DNA of 63,694 nucleotides, the filler included, from Octopus bimaculoides (lineage: Eukaryota): the NCBI RefSeq assembly GCF_001194135.2. It is 8 parts of 8 records of this genome, joined end to end, with 100 filler letters (N's around TTAATTAATTAA, not from the genome) between each part and the next. Parts side by side here need not be neighbours in the genome. Positions count along the whole stretch, not along the records: positions 46,141 to 56,272 come from NC_068988.1; positions 56,373 to 62,384 come from NC_068996.1; 6 more parts are not named here. One strand, 5' to 3'. Both the position numbers and the translations under genes were made by a program. How positions within the stretch are numbered: the first letter of the stretch is position 1; every line of letters starts with the position of its first letter. Below the pieces are notes generated by a model, which saw only the letters and a program-made list of their open reading frames with translations, was not told the DNA's origin and made no database searches. Of the stretch, positions 48,551 to 62,484 are shown one piece after another.

Positions 48551-51500
48551 CACCCATGGTGTATAAATGACCAAGATCACAGCATCCTCCACAGAACGGG
48601 ATGTCAGTCCATCGCAGAGTTATTCATTTACACCCAAGAGGACTGGGCTGAAGTGAAGCAAAATGTTTTGCTCAAGAACACAACACACTACCCAGTCGGA
48701 GAATTGAAATCACAATCTTGTGATTGTGAGTGCAATATTCTAAGCAGTAGGCCATGCGCTTACATTTACCAGATTACAATAACGAACAAAGAATTTAATA
48801 ATGACAGTATTACCAAACGAAAGTAGTCACTGAAGAGGTGGGAGGGGGCAGGACTTTCACATTCTAAGTCCACCAATTAAAGGATTAACTTTACAATGAG
48901 GTTTACACTAATATAAAATAGCCACTGGTCAATCATTTTAATCTTCTACAGATTGATTATGTACTTTTATCTTTGTTCCAGATTTAAATTGTTTATTGTC
49001 CACTAATTTACTTTAAATCTGTATTAATTTTACCATAAAAATTAAAACCAACCAGCAGAAAAAAAACTCAGTAGTCAATGAAATTTAAATCTTTAATTAG
49101 TTTTAATTAGTTCTTCCTCTGAAAAAACTGATGAAAACAAAAGCTTATTACGGTGATCTCTGTTGGAATAGCATGCCATTTTCACTTTGTCAAACTGCAG
49201 CAGGCATCACTAACTTTCTCGACAGCTGTGGAAAGACATTTTTATATCTTTATGTCCTGCATCCATCTTGTTTGTTGTCAAGGATATTTTGGGGTACAAT
49301 TAAGAATTGTTTTTGTGTTGTGGTTAAGACGGCAACAACAAACATTGTAAACAGTCTAATATAGCCATACCCACCCATGCCCCACACACACATAACTAAA
49401 AATAAGAACACAAAAATAGTTCAACAACAACACGGAAATGAGCAACAAAAACATTACTGAACAAAAACAACAGCAGAAAATGTAATTCTTAATTAAACCA
49501 AATATATCTTGATGACAAAGAGGCCATGACACTGAAAAAAATGATACTGCAGCGACCAAACAAAGTGACTGGCAGCTATCATTTGACATAAATGAAACTG
49601 GTATGTTATTAACAATGATCAACCTCGTTATAATTAAATCATGTGAGTGAATAAATGGAGTGAATAAACAAACTTCACTTTGGCCGTTGCCAGTACCGCC
49701 AGACTGGCCCTCATGCCGGTGGCACATAAAAAGCACCCACTACACTCTTGGAGTGGTTGACGTTAGGAAGGGCATCCAGCTGTAGAAACCTTGCCAGATC
49801 AGATTGGTGCCTGGTGTAGCTATCTGGTTCGCCAGTCCCCACTCAAATCGTCCAACCCATGCTAGCATGGAAAGCAGACATTAAATGTTGATGATGATGA
49901 TAGAAGTGAAGGCCCTCAGCGCCCATTAATGTTTACTACCAATTCCCATATTCAGTATTCATAATGTAAAGAAGAGAGTGTCACTGCTAAGATGGAGAAA
50001 AAAAATGGTCTAAAAGAACAGCAGCTCTAAATATAATCATTGATACGGAGTTGAGCAGACTTGCTAGTGCTGCTGTTGGCATCTTCTCCAGTGCCAGCAG
50101 CAGAATAAAAGACACTCAATCACCATGTTTAGAAAACGGTTGGAGATAGGAAAAAGGATCCAAGCATAAAAAAAAAGAAATGTGCCAAACAAACATGGCA
50201 TTTCTACAACACATTTGGGTTTGCTTGGTGTGTGTGTGTGTGTGCATGTGTGTGTGCGTGCATGAGTGTGTGCCTGAGCTTGTGTGTGTGTGTGTGCATG
50301 CCTGTGTGCATTTGCCTCATAGCAATGATTGCAAGTATTAGCCAGATAGCAAGACTCATCCAGTCCATGCTAGCATAGTAAAACGGATAACGAAGTGATG
50401 ATATGAAACTACAACTACTACTACTACTACCACCACTGCTATCACCATCACCACCACTTTCACCACTACTATAATTACAATTGCTACGACTGCAGAGACA
50501 GAAGAAGTCAGAAATGTCAGTCGTCTGCTCAACTATTAATTGGTTGTTTGTTATTATATTTTAATGTCTTGTGTGGATGAATGTGGGGAGATAGTGTGAA
50601 AGAGAGAGAGAGTGAAACAGAGAGAAAGAGAGTGAGAGATGGTGGTAGTGGGGGGGGGGGTCACTTATGATTGTTTTATACCAATCATTTTCGGTACAAA
50701 ACATGAACACAGTTTTCTTTTACTTTTACTTGTTTCAGTCATTAGACTGCAGCCATGCTGGGGCACTCCACTGAATAACTTCTAGTCAAATGAATCAACG
50801 CCAGTATCTATTATTCTTAAGCCTGATATTTATTTTATCCGTCTCTTTTGTAGGGATGTAAACACACCAACACTGGTTGTAGAGCAGTAGTGGAGGACAA
50901 AGACAGAGACCACCCACCCCCACACGCACACACACATGTAAGANNNNNNNNNNNNNNNNNNNNNNNNNNNNNNNNNNNNNNNNNNNNNNNNNNNNNNNNN
51001 NNNNNNNNNNNNNNNNNNNNNNNNNNNNNNNNNNNNNNNNNNNNNNNNNNNNNNNNNNNNNNNNNNNNNNNNNNNNNNNNNNNNNNNNNNNNNNNNNNNN
51101 NNNNNNNNNNNNNNNNNNNNNNNNNNNNNNNNNNNNNNNNNNNNNNNNNNNNNNNNNNNNNNNNNNNNNNNNNNNNNNNNNNNNNNNNNNNNNNNNNNNN
51201 NNNNNNNNNNNNNNNNNNNNNNNNNNNNNNNNNNNNNNNNNNNNNNNNNNNNNNNNNNNNNNNNNNNNNNNNNNNNNNNNNNNNNNNNNNNNNNNNNNNN
51301 NNNNNNNNNNNNNNNNNNNNNNNNNNNNNNNNNNNNNNNNNNNNNNNNNNNNNNNNNNNNNNNNNNNNNNNNNNNNNNNNNNNNNNNNNNNNNNNNNNNN
51401 NNNNNNNNNNNNNNNNNNNNNNNNNNNNNNNNNNNNNNNNNNNNNNNNNNNNNNNNNNNNNNNNNNNNNNNNNNNNNNNNNNNNNNNNNNNNNNNNNNNN

Positions 51501-51674
51501 NNNNNNNNNNNNNNNNNNNNNNNNNNNNNNNNNNNNNNNNNNNNNNNNNNNNNNNNNNNNNNNNNNNNNNNNNNNNNNNNNNNNNNNNNNNNNNNNNNNN
51601 NNNNNNNNNNNNNNNNNNNNNNNNNNNNNNNNNNNNNNNNNNNNNNNNNNNNNNNNNNNNNNNNNNNNNNNNNT

Positions 51675-51885
51675 AAATCACGCAAAAACAATGAAAATAA
51701 CACTGACATCTCATTTTAACAAATATATTTACCAAAATTACATAAAAATCTCTTGAAATGCTAAAGAGTAAATTTATTCAATAAAATCGCCATTGGCTTC
51801 AACCACAGCCTCCAGATGACTTCGGAATCTCCTACAACTCTTCTGGACGGTCTCTTTAATTAAGTTGTTGAATGCTGCCATAATC
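51675..51885 (-). mobile_element. Second copy of the 3' end of the same maT-like family
   Basis: Highly similar to 9450-9640 (aataacactgacatctcattttaaca...ttcaataaaatcgccattggcttcaacc). Confidence 0.8.
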
Positions 51886-52124
51886 CCCAAAAAATGAAGA
51901 AAAAAGACACGCAAAGAATAAGAACGCAAGGACGTGGAACATGCAAAATATTAACAGACACTCAGGCATGGAAAGAAAGGGTGTTTTATGTTTCAAGCAA
52001 AGCTCTTCTTCAGAAACAGGAGACAGAAGAAAGTTCAAGAGAAAAGGAAGAAGGGAAAAAAAGAATCGCCAACGATCCACATGTAGTTACATATGTTTAT
52101 ATATATTAAGTCTGGAACTTATTC

Positions 52125-52500
52125 TATTGGTTACTTTTGCCAAACCACTAAGTTACGGAGATATAAACAAAACAACAGCAGTTTTCAAGCAGTGATGGTG
52201 GTGGGATGACAAACATAGACACATATGTATATGTGTGTGTGTGTTCATACACACACGCACATATATAGCCACGCACACATATATGACAGGCTTCTTTTTG
52301 CTTTCATCTACACACATGCACACACACACACACACACAATGATGAGCTTCTTTCTGCTTTCATTTACCAGATCCACTGAGAAGGCCTGGGTTTACCAACA
52401 GCTTCAGTAAAAGACACTTTGCCAGGAGTGGTAAGCAGTAGGATTGAACTCAAAACCATGCAGTCAGTAAATCAATGTCTCACCTCCACAGCCATCCCTA
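52125..52500 (-). mobile_element. SINE family A, old CpG-depleted copy
   Basis: Family A motifs in reverse complement with CG>TG/CA changes. Confidence 0.75.
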
Positions 52501-52983
52501 CTTTTAAACGTGACATCAATCAAACTGAAGACAATAACAAGACATCACGATATGGATAATCTAACACTTAAAAGCCATTGCATGAGCAACTGTTCTGACA
52601 ATATGTAAGAGGTCAACGTTTTCTGAAAACTGTTCCACGCTGTTGCAGTTACAGAAAAACACACGATAATAAAACACTAAAAAGGGAAGTAAAACAAAAA
52701 TAAAAATAAAAAATAATAATAATAATAAATCATTATTGTTGTTGTTGTTGTTGTTATTATTATTATTATCATTATTATTATTACTTTATTATTGTTATTA
52801 TTACTTTAAGGCTGTATAATTAAAGATAAGTGTCTGAAATATATAGGGTATAAACACTGACTGGATAGAACATTCAATACGTGTTTAGGCTTTAACATAC
52901 TTCAAAGCATGAAGTGTTTGAACAAGCCACCAGCCACAAAACTTCAAAGTCATTGTCAATAATATAATAAATATATAAATAAA

Positions 52984-53019
<36 letters not shown>

Positions 53020-56000
53020 TGTAGTCGTTTGGTACAGTTATGTAGGACATGTGAGATGAAGCCACTTAAAAACAAACGATTGATTGTAGAGTGAATCAAC
53101 GAGAGACAGTGATGAAAGAAGTTTGGTCGCTCGTTTCAGATTTTTCCATAAAAAATCCAGTGGTACAGAGTGGGTCTTAACTAACATACATTCAGCTATG
53201 GCTACAGCAAGTACACCTATATAAGGGGGTCATTCTGTGCGGTCTGCATGCTCAAGCGCCATGCTCCATGCTCCACCACTGTAAAAAATCTTTATTATTG
53301 CAGCTCCGTATCATTATTTCTATGATGTACAAGTTTATATATATAATCTATCTTCCCAAATGCAAGTACGGTCTAACTTTCTGGAAAGTTTGTAAGCTCT
53401 AATTTTGGAGGAAGCTTGTGGAAGGGATAGACTCAGGAAGACATGGGATGAAGTGATGAGAAAGGATCTTCAGAGATAAAGGATCTTCAGACACTGAGCC
53501 TCACTGAAGAAACCAGGAGTCGTGGCGATTTGCTGTATTTGAGAAGACATTCCAAGCTACCTAAAATCAGTTCTCCATACATACAAACTTGTCCTTTACA
53601 GGTGCCAGTGCCTTGTAAAAAGCATTTGTGCCAATGCTGTACAGGAGGCACTTATGCTAGTGCCATGTAAAATGCACCCAGCACACTGTAAAGCAGTTGG
53701 TGTTAGGAAGGCTATCCAGCCATAGAAACCATATCACAAAAAACAATTGGGGGCCTGGACAACCCCTTGGCTGGCCAGCTCCATGTCAAACCATCCCACC
53801 CATGTCATGGATAATGGACATAAAACGATAATGATGGTGACCATCATTATGCCAACATATCATTCCAGCATGTATGACAGGCTTCTCTCAGTTTCCATCT
53901 AAAAAATCCACTCAGAAGGTTTTGGTCGGCCTGGAACTACAATGGGAGACACTTTCCCAAAGTGCCACACAGCGGGACTGAACCTGAAATCATGTGGTCG
54001 CATAGCAAATTTCTGACCCACACAGCCACACTTTCACCTCAAATACAAAGTTTAAACACCCTAAAGCACCCTGGTCGTCACACTAACACCATTTCCCTTC
54101 CTTTCAGTTAATCTCTCAAGTCGTTGGACACCACAGCAAGGATTTTAGTCACAGTGAGCTTACAATACATTCCAGCTGTTGCTTCCAACAATGACCTACA
54201 GTTTTATCTACCTTACACATACCTTGTACTATTTCCTTAATGTCTTATCTTTTATCTTTTGCTTGTTTCAGTCATTAGAATGTGGCCATGCTGGGGCACT
54301 GCCTTGAAGAATGTTCAGTCAAAAGAATCGACCCCCACCAGGCCTTATTTTTTTTTCAAGCCTGGTACTTTTTCTATCGGTGTCTTTTGCCAAACCACTA
54401 AGTTACAGGTGATGTAAACACACCAACACCAGTTATCAAGCAACGATACAAACAAATACAGATAAACAGACACACACACACAGATATAAACAACAGGCTT
54501 CTTTCAGTTTTCCGTCTCCTTTCTTAACTAATTAAATAATGGCTTCCTAGTGCAAAAGACATACTTTTTATTGTTAATTTCCTCCATTTTCTTATCTATA
54601 CACACACACACAAACAGAGTTCATTATTAAAAATAAATCAGCCCTGTACAGAACAGAATTTGAAGAATTTAAAGTAAACCAACTTACTCAGCATTAGATG
54701 AATCATGAAATTCAGATTTCAGCACATTTTTGTAAATATCAAGAAAATGGTAAGCATAGTCTTCAAAATACTTTTGCTCGTTCTGTAAAAAAAAAAAATA
54801 AAGAAAAGAAATGATTATGCAAGAAAGTATTATAAAGTGAGTAGATTTAAATCTTTAGAATAAACAAGAATTCTACAATTATTTTCCTATGTTTGCAAGA
54901 TATCTTTTACCTTTATTTGTTGTTGGCATGCAGCCATGCTGGAGCACTGCTTTGAAGGGTTTAGCTGAACAAATTGATCCCAGTATGCATTCTAAATATG
55001 GTATTTATTGTATTGGTCTCTTTTGCTGAGCCGCTAAGTAACAGAGACAGAAACAAATGAACTCCAGCTGTCAAGTTGTGGTGGGTGACAAACCAAAAAC
55101 ACATACATATATACACATGTACATATACACAAGCACAAAAAAACATAAGAATTGGGGTTGAAGTTTTTGACAAAAACCCTTCAAGGTGGTGCTCCAACAT
55201 GACCACAGTCCAATGACTGAAACAAGTAAAATATAAAACGATAAACAGACAGTAAGACCTGGACTTCTGGCCACGTGGTCAGTTGTCCTTAATGTAACTA
55301 CAACAATATATATTCTGCTGTAAAAGTAAATAAGTAAATCAATGGAAATCAGATAGAAATGATGGATAGACATATTGATTTTTGGCCTCACATTGACTGT
55401 TACATAAATAAAATCCCATTGATTCAATAAATGATGATATATTCCATGGAGTTTGTAGATGACATAATCATTTTTGAATGGATACTATTCTAATCATTAA
55501 TTGCTCAACCACGAAGTAAAAATGTTACATCTTGCGTTAATAATGAAATAAAATAAGTCTTGTTCAATGACTGTGACAAAAATTGAACTCGCAACATTTG
55601 GATTAGTCTGCAGGTATTTTCACAGGTGTGCAACTGAGTTGGCAGTTTATCAGCAAATCAGACGAGGAATCAAAAACTTGTGTCCCATCACCAGCACTGT
55701 AGTTTCCATTCAGCTATTTTCCATCCAACTGCACCACCATCTTTGTTCATCACTTACTACAGTCACCTGTACCCCCACCCCCTGTCTCCAAACATCTGTC
55801 ACTCCCTCTTTTACACTCTTCTCAAACTGCCCACCCTCACAATCCATTCTTTGTATCCCTCTTATGCTCACCTTCTTGTGCCTTGAGGGTACCATCACCA
55901 TCTTTTCTTCTCGGCTACTCCCCCCCTCCATATATATTCTTTCATTCTTTTACTCGTTTCAGTCATTTTGATTGCAGCTTTGCTGGAGCACCACCTTTAG

Positions 56001-56163
56001 TCAAACAAATCGACCCCAGGACTTATTCTTAGTTAGCCTAGTATTTATTCTGTCAGTCTCTTTTTCTGAACTGCTAAGTTACAGGGATGTAAACACAGCA
56101 GCATCGGTAGTTAATCGGTGGGGAGACAAACACAGACACACAAACATACACATGTGTATGTAT

Positions 56164-56219
<56 letters not shown>

Positions 56220-56873
56220 GAGAATGTCTGTCTGTCTGTCTGTGTGTTTCCCTAAAACTCGAGAACTACACANNNNNNNNNNNNNNNNNNNNNNNNNNNN
56301 NNNNNNNNNNNNNNNNTTAATTAATTAANNNNNNNNNNNNNNNNNNNNNNNNNNNNNNNNNNNNNNNNNNNNATATATATATATATATATATACATACAC
56401 ACATGATATACATATACATGCATATATCTGCACACACAAACCATGTATGCACATATACACATTTAAATTTTTCTCACACTCACATCCACACATTTACACA
56501 GAAAATTATGCAACAAATTTCATTAGCTTATAGCTGTTTCTGCTTTACGATGAGTGCACTCAGGGAGTTGTGCTTGTTCATTGCTCCAGAGTTTATTCGG
56601 AGCTCTTCAAATAGAGCGTAATTTTATTTGCGAAAGCATTTACATACATGGAAAAGACCAGACTGTAAAATATATATATACATCATAAGAAATGGAGCTT
56701 AGAGTTTGAAGGATAAAAGACTCTCCTAGAAATATGCTGAGTAGATAATTGTTTTAAATATTTGTATTTGTTGTGTGTGTTACTGTATGTATGTATGTAT
56801 GTATGTATGTATGTATGTATGTATGTATGTATGTATATATGTATGTAAGTATCTGTCTATCTATCTATCTATC

Positions 56874-56904
<31 letters not shown>

Positions 56905-58453
56905 CTATGCATGCATGCATGCATGTATGTATGTATGTATATTCTTGTGTTTTTTTCATTATTTGAATTCTTCGCTTTAGGAAGGAGCCGATTTCTAAAA
57001 AAAGCTACAAAGTCGCATCGTTAGAATGTTGATAAAAAAGACAACGTCGTATTTTTAAGTTGAGAAAAGTCTTGCATATTTTTACTGTTCCACTTGCAGG
57101 GTGTATTTGTGATAAGCGAGTCAGTTGTTTGATTTCTTTATCTGGAAATCCTTGCTTATCCAGACTGTCACTTAAGGATTTACTCACAAAGCCAAGTGCA
57201 CCATTCATTATTGGTATAAATGTGAATACATAATCTGCACATAGACGCCATTGATATTTACATCAATAGATATTCACATCTGCATGTACATACTTTTTCC
57301 TTCTGTATATGTGTATGTATGTCATTATTCAGTTTTATTTCAAGATTTCTTGCCAACAGAGAAAGGACCAGTTTCTAGCCTAGTTCCAAGGCTTCTTCTT
57401 TGGAATTTCAACACCAACAGCAGAGTATTTTTGTGTCTATGTATATATGTATGTATGTATGTATATATGTATATATGTATGTATGTACGTATGTATGTAT
57501 GCTTGCATGTATGCATGTATGTATACGTGCAGATTTGTATGTTTCTGCTTTATGCATGTCTTCTCGTGCATAGTGTTGCATACCTAGACATGCCCATTTA
57601 TTTATGTGTACACAAAGGCGCATGATAACTCTTCATACACGTACATAAAACATAGACAAAATATATATATTAATACACATTGTACATATATATGACTTAC
57701 TATAAGAACCGAAACAGAAAAAGGCCAATGCTGAGAGACAGAAAGTAGAGAATCTAAAGTGCAGGAAAAAAGAGAGAAAAATGAAAAATGAATAGGGGAT
57801 AAAGAAAGGGTTTCTGTCCGCAAGATTAATAGTTTTAAGGATTCTAGCCAGATTGACAATTAACGAGCTAGTACAAGACCAAATAGATACTCATAAATAT
57901 AGATAACAACACAGACATAGACAAAGCACACCACACATACATTTATACACAGACAAGTATACACCCACACGCGTCGGTTTTTTTCTCTAACTTAATTCGG
58001 CCAATTTAGTGCCCTAATAATAATCCTATCTACTATAGGTACAAGGCCTGAAGATTTAGGACAGGGATTAAGTCTATTATATCGAACCCAATGCTTAAAG
58101 GGTACTTATTTTACCAACACCAAAAAAGGTTAAAGGCAAAGTCTACCTCAGCGGAATTTAAACTTAGAGCGTTACGGCGGACGGAATGCCGTATATTTCG
58201 CCCGGCGTGTTTACGATTCTGCCAGCTAGCCGCCAATATAATGGTTTCAAATTTTGACACAAGAACAGCAATTTCGAGGAAGGGCTTAAGTCGATTACAT
58301 CAACCCCAGTCGTCAACTGGTACTTAATTTATCGACCCAGAATGGAATAAAGGGAAAGTCAACCTCAACGGAAAGGAAACTCAGCAAATAAAGACGGACC
58401 GAAATACCGCAAAAAAATTTGCCTGGCGAACCTAGCATTTTACCACTTTAATT

Positions 58454-58624
58454 GAAGAAGAAGAAGAAGAAGAAGAAGAAGAAGAAGAAGAAGAAGAAGA
58501 AGAAGAAGAAGAAGAAGAAGAAGAAGAAGAAGAAGAAGAAGAAGAAGAAGAAGAAGAAGAAGAAGAAGAAGAAGAAGAAGAAGAAGAAGGAGGAGGAGGA
58601 GGAGGAGAAGAAGAAGAAGAAGAA
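58454..58624. repeat. (GAA)45(GGA)6(GAA)6
   Basis: Counted directly from the sequence. Confidence 0.95.
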
Positions 58625-58722
58625 TGCTTTCTGATTTAGACACAACGCCAGCAAGGGCTAAATGGCAAACTTGATTTCAGTGGAATTTGAAAGTAAAGCT
58701 GGATGCATTTTGTCGACCATAT

Positions 58723-58758
<36 letters not shown>

Positions 58759-58759
58759 A

Positions 58760-59380
58760 CAGTAACGTCTTTCAGTGTGATTGGGTTTCTCTTTCTTTTT
58801 TGCCCTGTTTTTGTCGAAGCAGCGAGTCGGACGGTGTTCCTAGCTGCGATGTACATTCATCTAGTATTGCAGATAAAACTTTATCAAGATTCGCTTCTAC
58901 TTCTTTCAAATCTCTGAGTGCATTTTTGGCAGAATGTTGGATGATTATAGACCCGTGAAATACAAGTTGTAGCGGGTCCTTTCTTCGAGATGAGGTAGAC
59001 AAGACAGTTGATACTATGCAGTGCGGTCCATGTTACTGATTGGCGTAGCTTTCAATTACAAAGTTGAATGCTTTACCTTCCAAGATCTTTTATATCTATA
59101 TCGCTGCATATGCATATCACACGTTTCCTGTAGGAAGTAGAGTTTCACTTCCATTCTCCTCTTTCAGTAACTCATCTGATTCAGCGAGTCGAATTGCTGC
59201 AAGTCCTCCCACTATTTTGACGCTTTGCAGTGACTACAGTTGGGAAGAGTAATCCAGACAACTTAGAATTAAAGTTTACGATAGGAATAGCATGGTTCCG
59301 TTTTTTCTGGATCTGAATGATCTCAGAATCCATCCACCTACTCGGCTTCACTTCTTGTCATCTTGGTAATATGCTTCATT
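58760..59380 (-). mobile_element. CR1/L2-group LINE 3' end, decayed
   Basis: KILEGKAFNFVIESY..HG.HCIV..NILPK..LRDL..LDKVLSAILDE across frameshifts. Confidence 0.6.
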
Positions 59381-59562
59381 ATTCATCAGCCCATCTGTAT
59401 ACTTTTGTATATTGCATGCAAGTTGTTTTGCAGTTTTAGTATATCATCAGTGATGTACAAATGCATATGCACACACCTACATAGCAATATACATTATATA
59501 TGCATACATGTATATAAATACAAGCTCACATACATACCCATACAAAAACATACGGATATATA

Positions 59563-60830
59563 CAGGGTTCTTAGCCTATTTGAGAACAAGATGTGTTTGA
59601 GTTATAACTGTTTTTAAATTAATTTTATATCATTTATGTTTCATTTGTGTTTCCGACACTCAGCTTAGTTAAGAAATGAAGAGGCATGCAGCAACTGCGG
59701 CCTTAAAAGCAACGATTTAGAAATAGCTCAGTTTTTAATAGTCACTAGATCTTCTACAAAGTTTTTAATTGTTTTTAATAGTCACTAGATCTTCTACAAA
59801 CATCAGGAGTTAGAAGCTACAGATAGAAAGGTATCACTAGTGTCGAAATGCAAAAAGGATTCCCAACACTCCGACACTATCAAAACACCCGAATTTATTC
59901 AACAAATTCAGCTAATCATTGACGGAAATCCCAGAAAATCCATGAGGTCATTTGCAAAAGCTCTCCATGTTTCGGAAGGGAAATCAGAGATGTTGTCCAC
60001 GAAGACATACATCTTATAGGATGAGGAGAGATTAATTCATGTCAGCAAAAAAAATACAGAAAATTATTTGATCAGATCTAAAAGGCTATCAGACAAATTA
60101 AAAAACCCACAAGAACATATGATTTGGCTTTTCTTTGATGAGATTAAATTTTCACCAGGACGAGACGATAAATAGAGAAAAATGTTCAGGCCCTCCTCAA
60201 GTTTCAACAGTCATGCACACAAAATTTCCCGCGACTATCATGGCTTTTGCAGTTGTCAGTAAGCAACGATATGTGATACCTCTTCACTTCTTTCCACAAG
60301 GCACTTCAAGTTAAATCTGCTGGCTACATTGAGGTCCTGGAAACAGTTGGCAAGCTCTGGATAAATAGAGTACGCAATGGAAGGTTGTACGTATTTCATC
60401 AGGATTCTGCACCATCACATAAGTCTCAAGCAACCCAAGAAGGGATGGCCGATAATTTTCATCGCCACACAACCCCTAACATTTGGCTTCGAAACTCAAC
60501 ACAATAGTCTATTGGACTACTATGTGTGAAGTGTTGTTGAGAGAGAGAGATTGATCAACTTCCCTGCAACATCAAAGATTCATTGAAAGCGGCTATAGTC
60601 AAAGTAATGTCTGATATGAATCAGGACCATTTAATTCTTACATGGAGACGATTCAGATGTCTGCAGTTATTGATACAGAAATTGGTGACATTGAATAAGA
60701 TTATAAAAACGATAATCTAGTTAATATGTACAAACATTTTTCATTGATAATGTTGCTTTCTGTTATTATATGTTTTCCCCAAAAAGAAAACAAAAATTGC
60801 TCCTCAGTCACCTTACGCACCTTGTGTTTA
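59563..60830 (+). mobile_element. Decayed maT/DD37D-like transposon
   Basis: TPEFIQQIQLII..IWLFFDE..HTKFPATIMAFAVVS..FHQDSAPSHK..LDYYV..VERE. A 30-bp tandem duplication lies at 59731-59800. Confidence 0.8.
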
Positions 60831-60834
60831 AATA

Positions 60835-62112
60835 CAGGGTGTCCATAAAGTCTCTTTACAATTTCAAAAGCATTACAAAAGCAAATACTTTGATAAATAT
60901 GTGGAAACTATTACAGAATGAGGAGCAGATATTGCAGCTCTTTTTGACTCATTTAATACATCTCTATATGGACACCATTAGTCGCATGAAGCACATCAAG
61001 ATGGTAATCAATTTCTTGCCATGTTCACTGTAGAATAGCCTTATCAATGGTGACAAAGGCACCAGAGCTCTTTTGCTTCAGGCCGTTGATATCCCATAGC
61101 TTTGTTCGATACACCATGTCTTTAAAATAACCTCACAGAAATAAAGAGTGATATCCAGGGAACGAGGTGGCTTGGGAATTGGACCATCCCTTCCAATTCA
61201 CCAGTCCAGAAATGTTCGATTTACGAACCCATGAGCATGAAGCCCCCAATGTGGTGGTGCACCATCCTGCTTAAAAATGAAGGTTGGTTGAAGGTCATCC
61301 AGTTTTGGTGCCACATATTCAGTCAAAAGTTCAAGATAAACATTTGCAGAAATTGATCTTTCTGTGAAGGAAAATGGACCAATGATTTCATTGCACATTA
61401 TCCCACACCAGATATTCACATTTGGACTATCTCAGCGAAGTTCCCTAATCACATAGTGGTGTTGTGATCACCAGATCCTCACATTATGTTTGTTCAATTT
61501 TCCTGAAACATAAAAGGTTACCTCATCACTAAAACAAAGTCGGGTGAAGAACGTTGCATCCTCAGTTCATTCCAGCATGTTAACTGCAAACTCTTTTCTT
61601 CTTGGTTTATCTTTTGGTTCGAGTACCCGTAAGAGTTGCACTTTTAGGCGTACATTTGTAAGATATTGTGTAGAACTTGGTGCACTATTGCTTGTGGTAG
61701 CTGTAACTGTGTGGCAGTAGTACATATAGACTTTGTAAGAGAACTAGCAAAGACCTGTTGATGTCCTCCTCGGTTAATTTTGGTCGTGCATTCCTACCTT
61801 TATCCAACACTGCTTCTATTTCATTAAATTCTTTGGGCCATGTTTTCCATACTTAATCCTGTACTTTTGTTGGGTCTACGCGTCCCATTTTGTTTCAATA
61901 AACTACAAAACACATTGTGCCTTTTCGTGAACAATAGCCATGTTTTTCATTTAATAGAACTTCTTCCATCAGCAGAGTACGTGAAAAAACACAGATGCAA
62001 AGTGTTTAGAAACTTTGTTAGCATAGAACATAGAAGAAACCTGATAAAGATAACCCACAATTCCCTTTGAAATACATTTTTGAAGTCATAAAGGGATATT
62101 ATAGACACTCTG
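60835..62112 (-). mobile_element. Full-length decayed Tc1/mariner (Tc3/DUF4817-like) element, 1278 bp
   Basis: TA|CAGGGTGTCCATAAAGTC... and ...ATAGACACTCTG|TA, with ~35-bp imperfect TIRs. Motifs CFSDE, NIWCG..IIGPF, KQDGAPPHW, PPRSLD. Confidence 0.9.
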
Positions 62113-62276
62113 TATATACATATATACACACACATTACACAGGGTACGTAAGATATTTGGGGATAATTCGTTTTTGAAAATCATTCCTATAATATATTAT
62201 ATAATTCATATAATATTATACATACATATTAAGGCGATATTCTTGCACTGGCACAGTTTAATACTGAAACAAGTAA

Positions 62277-62321
<45 letters not shown>

Positions 62322-62484
62322 TGCATATATACATACACCATATATATATATATATACATATATAAATATATATATATATATATANNNNNNNNNNNNNNNN
62401 NNNNNNNNNNNNNNNNNNNNNNNNNNNNTTAATTAATTAANNNNNNNNNNNNNNNNNNNNNNNNNNNNNNNNNNNNNNNNNNNN

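Noticed and set aside
57005-57240. Open frames and splice-like sites on both strands (also 28940-29175 and 29590-29710)
   Set aside because: Conflicting candidate exons with no recognisable peptide; cannot be supported without RNA data.
58440-58654. Poly-Lys, poly-Leu and poly-Phe ORFs
   Set aside because: They are translations of the (GAA)n tract.
2173-59451. Other CTGATGA hits (about 2173, 6685, 28105, 34413, 48113, 49128, 59445)
   Set aside because: No correctly placed GAAAC/NUH or stems; expected by chance.
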